Assembly (NCBI GenBank): GCA_938091905.1
Contig: CALKOM010000156.1
Coordinates: forward strand, 1 to 28,761
DNA length: 28,761 nucleotides
Direction: 5' to 3'
DNA from: an uncultured Verrucomicrobiales bacterium
GTDB lineage: Bacteria > Verrucomicrobiota > Verrucomicrobiia > Verrucomicrobiales > DEV007
Position numbers and translations under genes: made by a program. This document shows positions 26,961 to 28,761 of this stretch, one piece after another. A model generated the notes under the pieces. That model was not told where the DNA came from. It ran no database searches and saw nothing but the letters and a program-made list of their open reading frames with translations. The first letter of the stretch is position 1; each line of letters starts with the position of its first letter.

Positions 26961-27608
26961 ATGAGGTTTTTGGAACCATCTCTTTTTCGCAAATTCCTGC
27001 TCGCGACAGTGGTCGTACTGACCGGCGGTGGCGTTTCTTGGGGGCAAGCAACTCAGAATGCCGATGGTGATTTCTCTTGTGACGGTGAGCTGATGTGGAT
27101 CCGGACCACTGCCTATTGCCACTTGGAAGGAGATCACGTCAGCTTTGGGCGCAAGTCAGCCAAAGGCAACCGGCTACGCTTTGGAAAAATCCGCAGCGCT
27201 GCTGCTGACTGGTCTAGATTTCCCGTTGGAACTCGTTTTAAGATCGAAGGACAACCATACGAGTATTACATCGATGATTACGGCATCGCGCTCACCGGTA
27301 GCTGGACCATCGATCTCTATTTCCCGTCGATGTCGATGATGCATCGGTGGGGCACGCGCCGCGTGAAGATTGAGGTCCTAGAATGGGGTTCGTTTGAAAC
27401 GAGCCTTAAGATTCTCAAGGGCCGAAGTAGCAAAGGCGCCTACATTCGCAGAATGATTGCAAGCATGGAGAAGGATTCGGGGTTGGTGCCCGAATCTGAA
27501 GAAAGCTCGGGAGCAGACGCGAAGAAGGTTGAGGCTAAAAAGCAGACGGAAACACCGTCAACCGAAAAGCCTACCGACAAAGACGACTATCAATTCGTCA
27601 CCTGGTGA
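26961..27608 (+). CDS. Secreted 3D (Asp-Asp-Asp, MltA-like) domain protein
   Basis: RTTAY, SAAADWSRFPVGTRFKI, IDDYG, TIDLY, WGTRRVKIEVL. Likely start MRFLEP (26961) with a signal peptide. Confidence 0.88.
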   Translation: MRFLEPSLFRKFLLATVVVLTGGGVSWGQATQNADGDFSCDGELMWIRTTAYCHLEGDHVSFGRKSAKGNRLRFGKIRSAAADWSRFPVGTRFKIEGQPYEYYIDDYGIALTGSWTIDLYFPSMSMMHRWGTRRVKIEVLEWGSFETSLKILKGRSSKGAYIRRMIASMEKDSGLVPESEESSGADAKKVEAKKQTETPSTEKPTDKDDYQFVTW

Positions 27609-27654
27609 TGAGCTGGCAGAACATTGATCCTACTTTGTTACGTTTTATGAGAGT

Positions 27655-27691
27655 GTAGGTCCGGCATCCTGCCGGGCGTTGCAAGGCCCGG
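27655..27691 (+). repeat. REP-like palindromes upstream of the Y1 transposase
   Basis: GTAG-GT-CCGGCA-TCC-TGCCGG (27655-27675) overlapping CCGGGC-GTTGCAAG-GCCCGG (27672-27691). Confidence 0.65.
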
Positions 27692-27749
27692 TTGTGTATT
27701 GGGAGCAAAGCAGCGTCGCGATTTGAATGTTCATGTGATAGGGAGCCCT

Positions 27750-28193
27750 ATGACCGACACGTTTACCGGACTCCAGTATCATTGCATTTGGAGCACGAAA
27801 CGTCTCGAACTGTGGATTCGTGAGTAAATGGAGTAGTCTGTGTGGGCGATCCTCGCATAACCTGCCAATCGCCACGATATGCACGTCAAACGCGCTGGTG
27901 GAATTGAGAATGATGTTCAGGTGTTGGAATTGATTCCCAAGACCCTGTCTGTTTCTGAGGTCATGAAGCGGTCGAAAGGGGGGGCGTGGATCACGATTAA
28001 CAAGGACGGTTTGTAAGGCGCTGGCTCAGTTGGCTACCAAGATGACTACGCCGCCTGCACGGTCAGCTCATCGAAGGTTCCTGACGTTATCCAATACATT
28101 GCACATCATCACAAACAGACTTTGGAGAATGAATTCGTGGCGTTCCTAAAACGGTACGGGGTCGACTACGATCCGAAAGACCTCTGGGATTGA
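27750..28193 (+). pseudogene. tnpA: IS200/IS605-type Y1 (HUH) transposase / RAYT-like pseudogene
   Basis: Not in the ORF track. One frame reads MTDTFTGLQYHCIWSTKR...GGIENDVQVL...LSVSEVMKRSKGG...YQDDYAACTVS...VIQYIAHHHKQTLENEF...YDPKDLWD* with 4 internal stops; the DHVH motif has decayed to NDVQ. Confidence 0.88.
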
Positions 28194-28232
28194 GGGGTTG
28201 CTCCGCGAGACAGCCCGTCGATTGATCGTATT

Positions 28233-28255
28233 CCGGGCGTTGAAGCGCCCGGCTA
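28233..28255 (+). repeat. REP-like hairpin downstream of the Y1 transposase
   Basis: CCGGGCG-TTGAAG-CGCCCGG-CTA, a near copy of the upstream hairpin at 27672-27691. Confidence 0.7.
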
Positions 28256-28356
28256 ACATAAACAGTCACTCTGCGAACGGAGCAGCAAGACTAACAGCAA
28301 TCGGATTGGTTTCTAAAACCAACCCTAATACCGTGCTATTCGCCTGGAAGCCCGCG

Positions 28357-28761
28357 CTACTCTAATCGGTTTTCACCGATCAGAAATGCTACCGTAGTGG
28401 AACCAGCCCTATTTCCGGCAATCCACAGATTCTCCACATGACCCGCGAAATTGAACCGACATGGCCCTCCGGCCGCGACGTCAACAGTCGTCTCTTTCAC
28501 CAGCGGCTGATGAAATTCAGCCTCGGGTAGGATATCGACTTTCTCGAAGAAGAGTTTATAGTCTATCAAGATATTGCTAATTCGCTCGTCAGCATTTTTA
28601 ACAAGCCCCTCGATGAAGTGCAGTTGTAACTGATAACGCCCAGCAGGTACGGGAATAACGTAAAAACCAGAAGACTCTTCGGGAATATAGCGCGCTGCGC
28701 GGTAAACATCAGGCACATCGAGGTCCCCCCGCCGCAGGTCTTTGGTGGCACCCGAAGAGGT
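28357..28761 (-). CDS. Malectin-domain protein, C-terminal part (5' end outside the window; possibly decaying)
   Basis: DVYRAARY...YVIPVPAGRYQLQLHFIE...ERISNILID...VDIL matches malectin. The frame is open to the window edge, and the tail after IAG may be frameshifted. Confidence 0.7.
   Translation of the reverse strand, partial: TSSGATKDLRRGDLDVPDVYRAARYIPEESSGFYVIPVPAGRYQLQLHFIEGLVKNADERISNILIDYKLFFEKVDILPEAEFHQPLVKETTVDVAAGGPCRFNFAGHVENLWIAGNRAGSTTVAFLIGENRLE

Overview
Bacterial chromosomal window of roughly 50-55% GC, probably Verrucomicrobiota (inferred from the 3D-domain protein type, an SxDLxxW...YYR motif and the REP style). Left to right it contains five blocks. (1) A divergent regulatory module: an XRE-HTH gene (truncated at the window edge and missing from the ORF track) plus a membrane-anchored DUF5919/PLD-like gene, opposite an extra region-1.1-less sigma70. 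(2) A ~10 kb minus-strand cell-envelope cluster: OprD-type porin, DUF4136, two DUF3313 lipoproteins, a pentapeptide-repeat protein, a large repeat protein and decayed hydrolase, DUF4105 and beta-barrel genes. (3) A fused IS30/ISL3 scar. (4) An intact fatty-acid-modification operon: desaturase, FAD oxidoreductase, DUF1365, cfa-like methyltransferase, DUF1475, DUF2062, DUF1295 and a second methyltransferase. It is preceded by a CIA30-fasciclin gene with an ECF-type promoter and resembles the Rhodobacter ufaD/ufaO/ufaM furan-fatty-acid genes and the M. tuberculosis SigK regulon. (5) Dead metE and metR, a 3D-domain protein, a dead Y1 (IS200/RAYT-like) transposase with REP-like hairpins and a partial malectin gene. 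Family assignments come from motif recognition by eye; no database searches were run.
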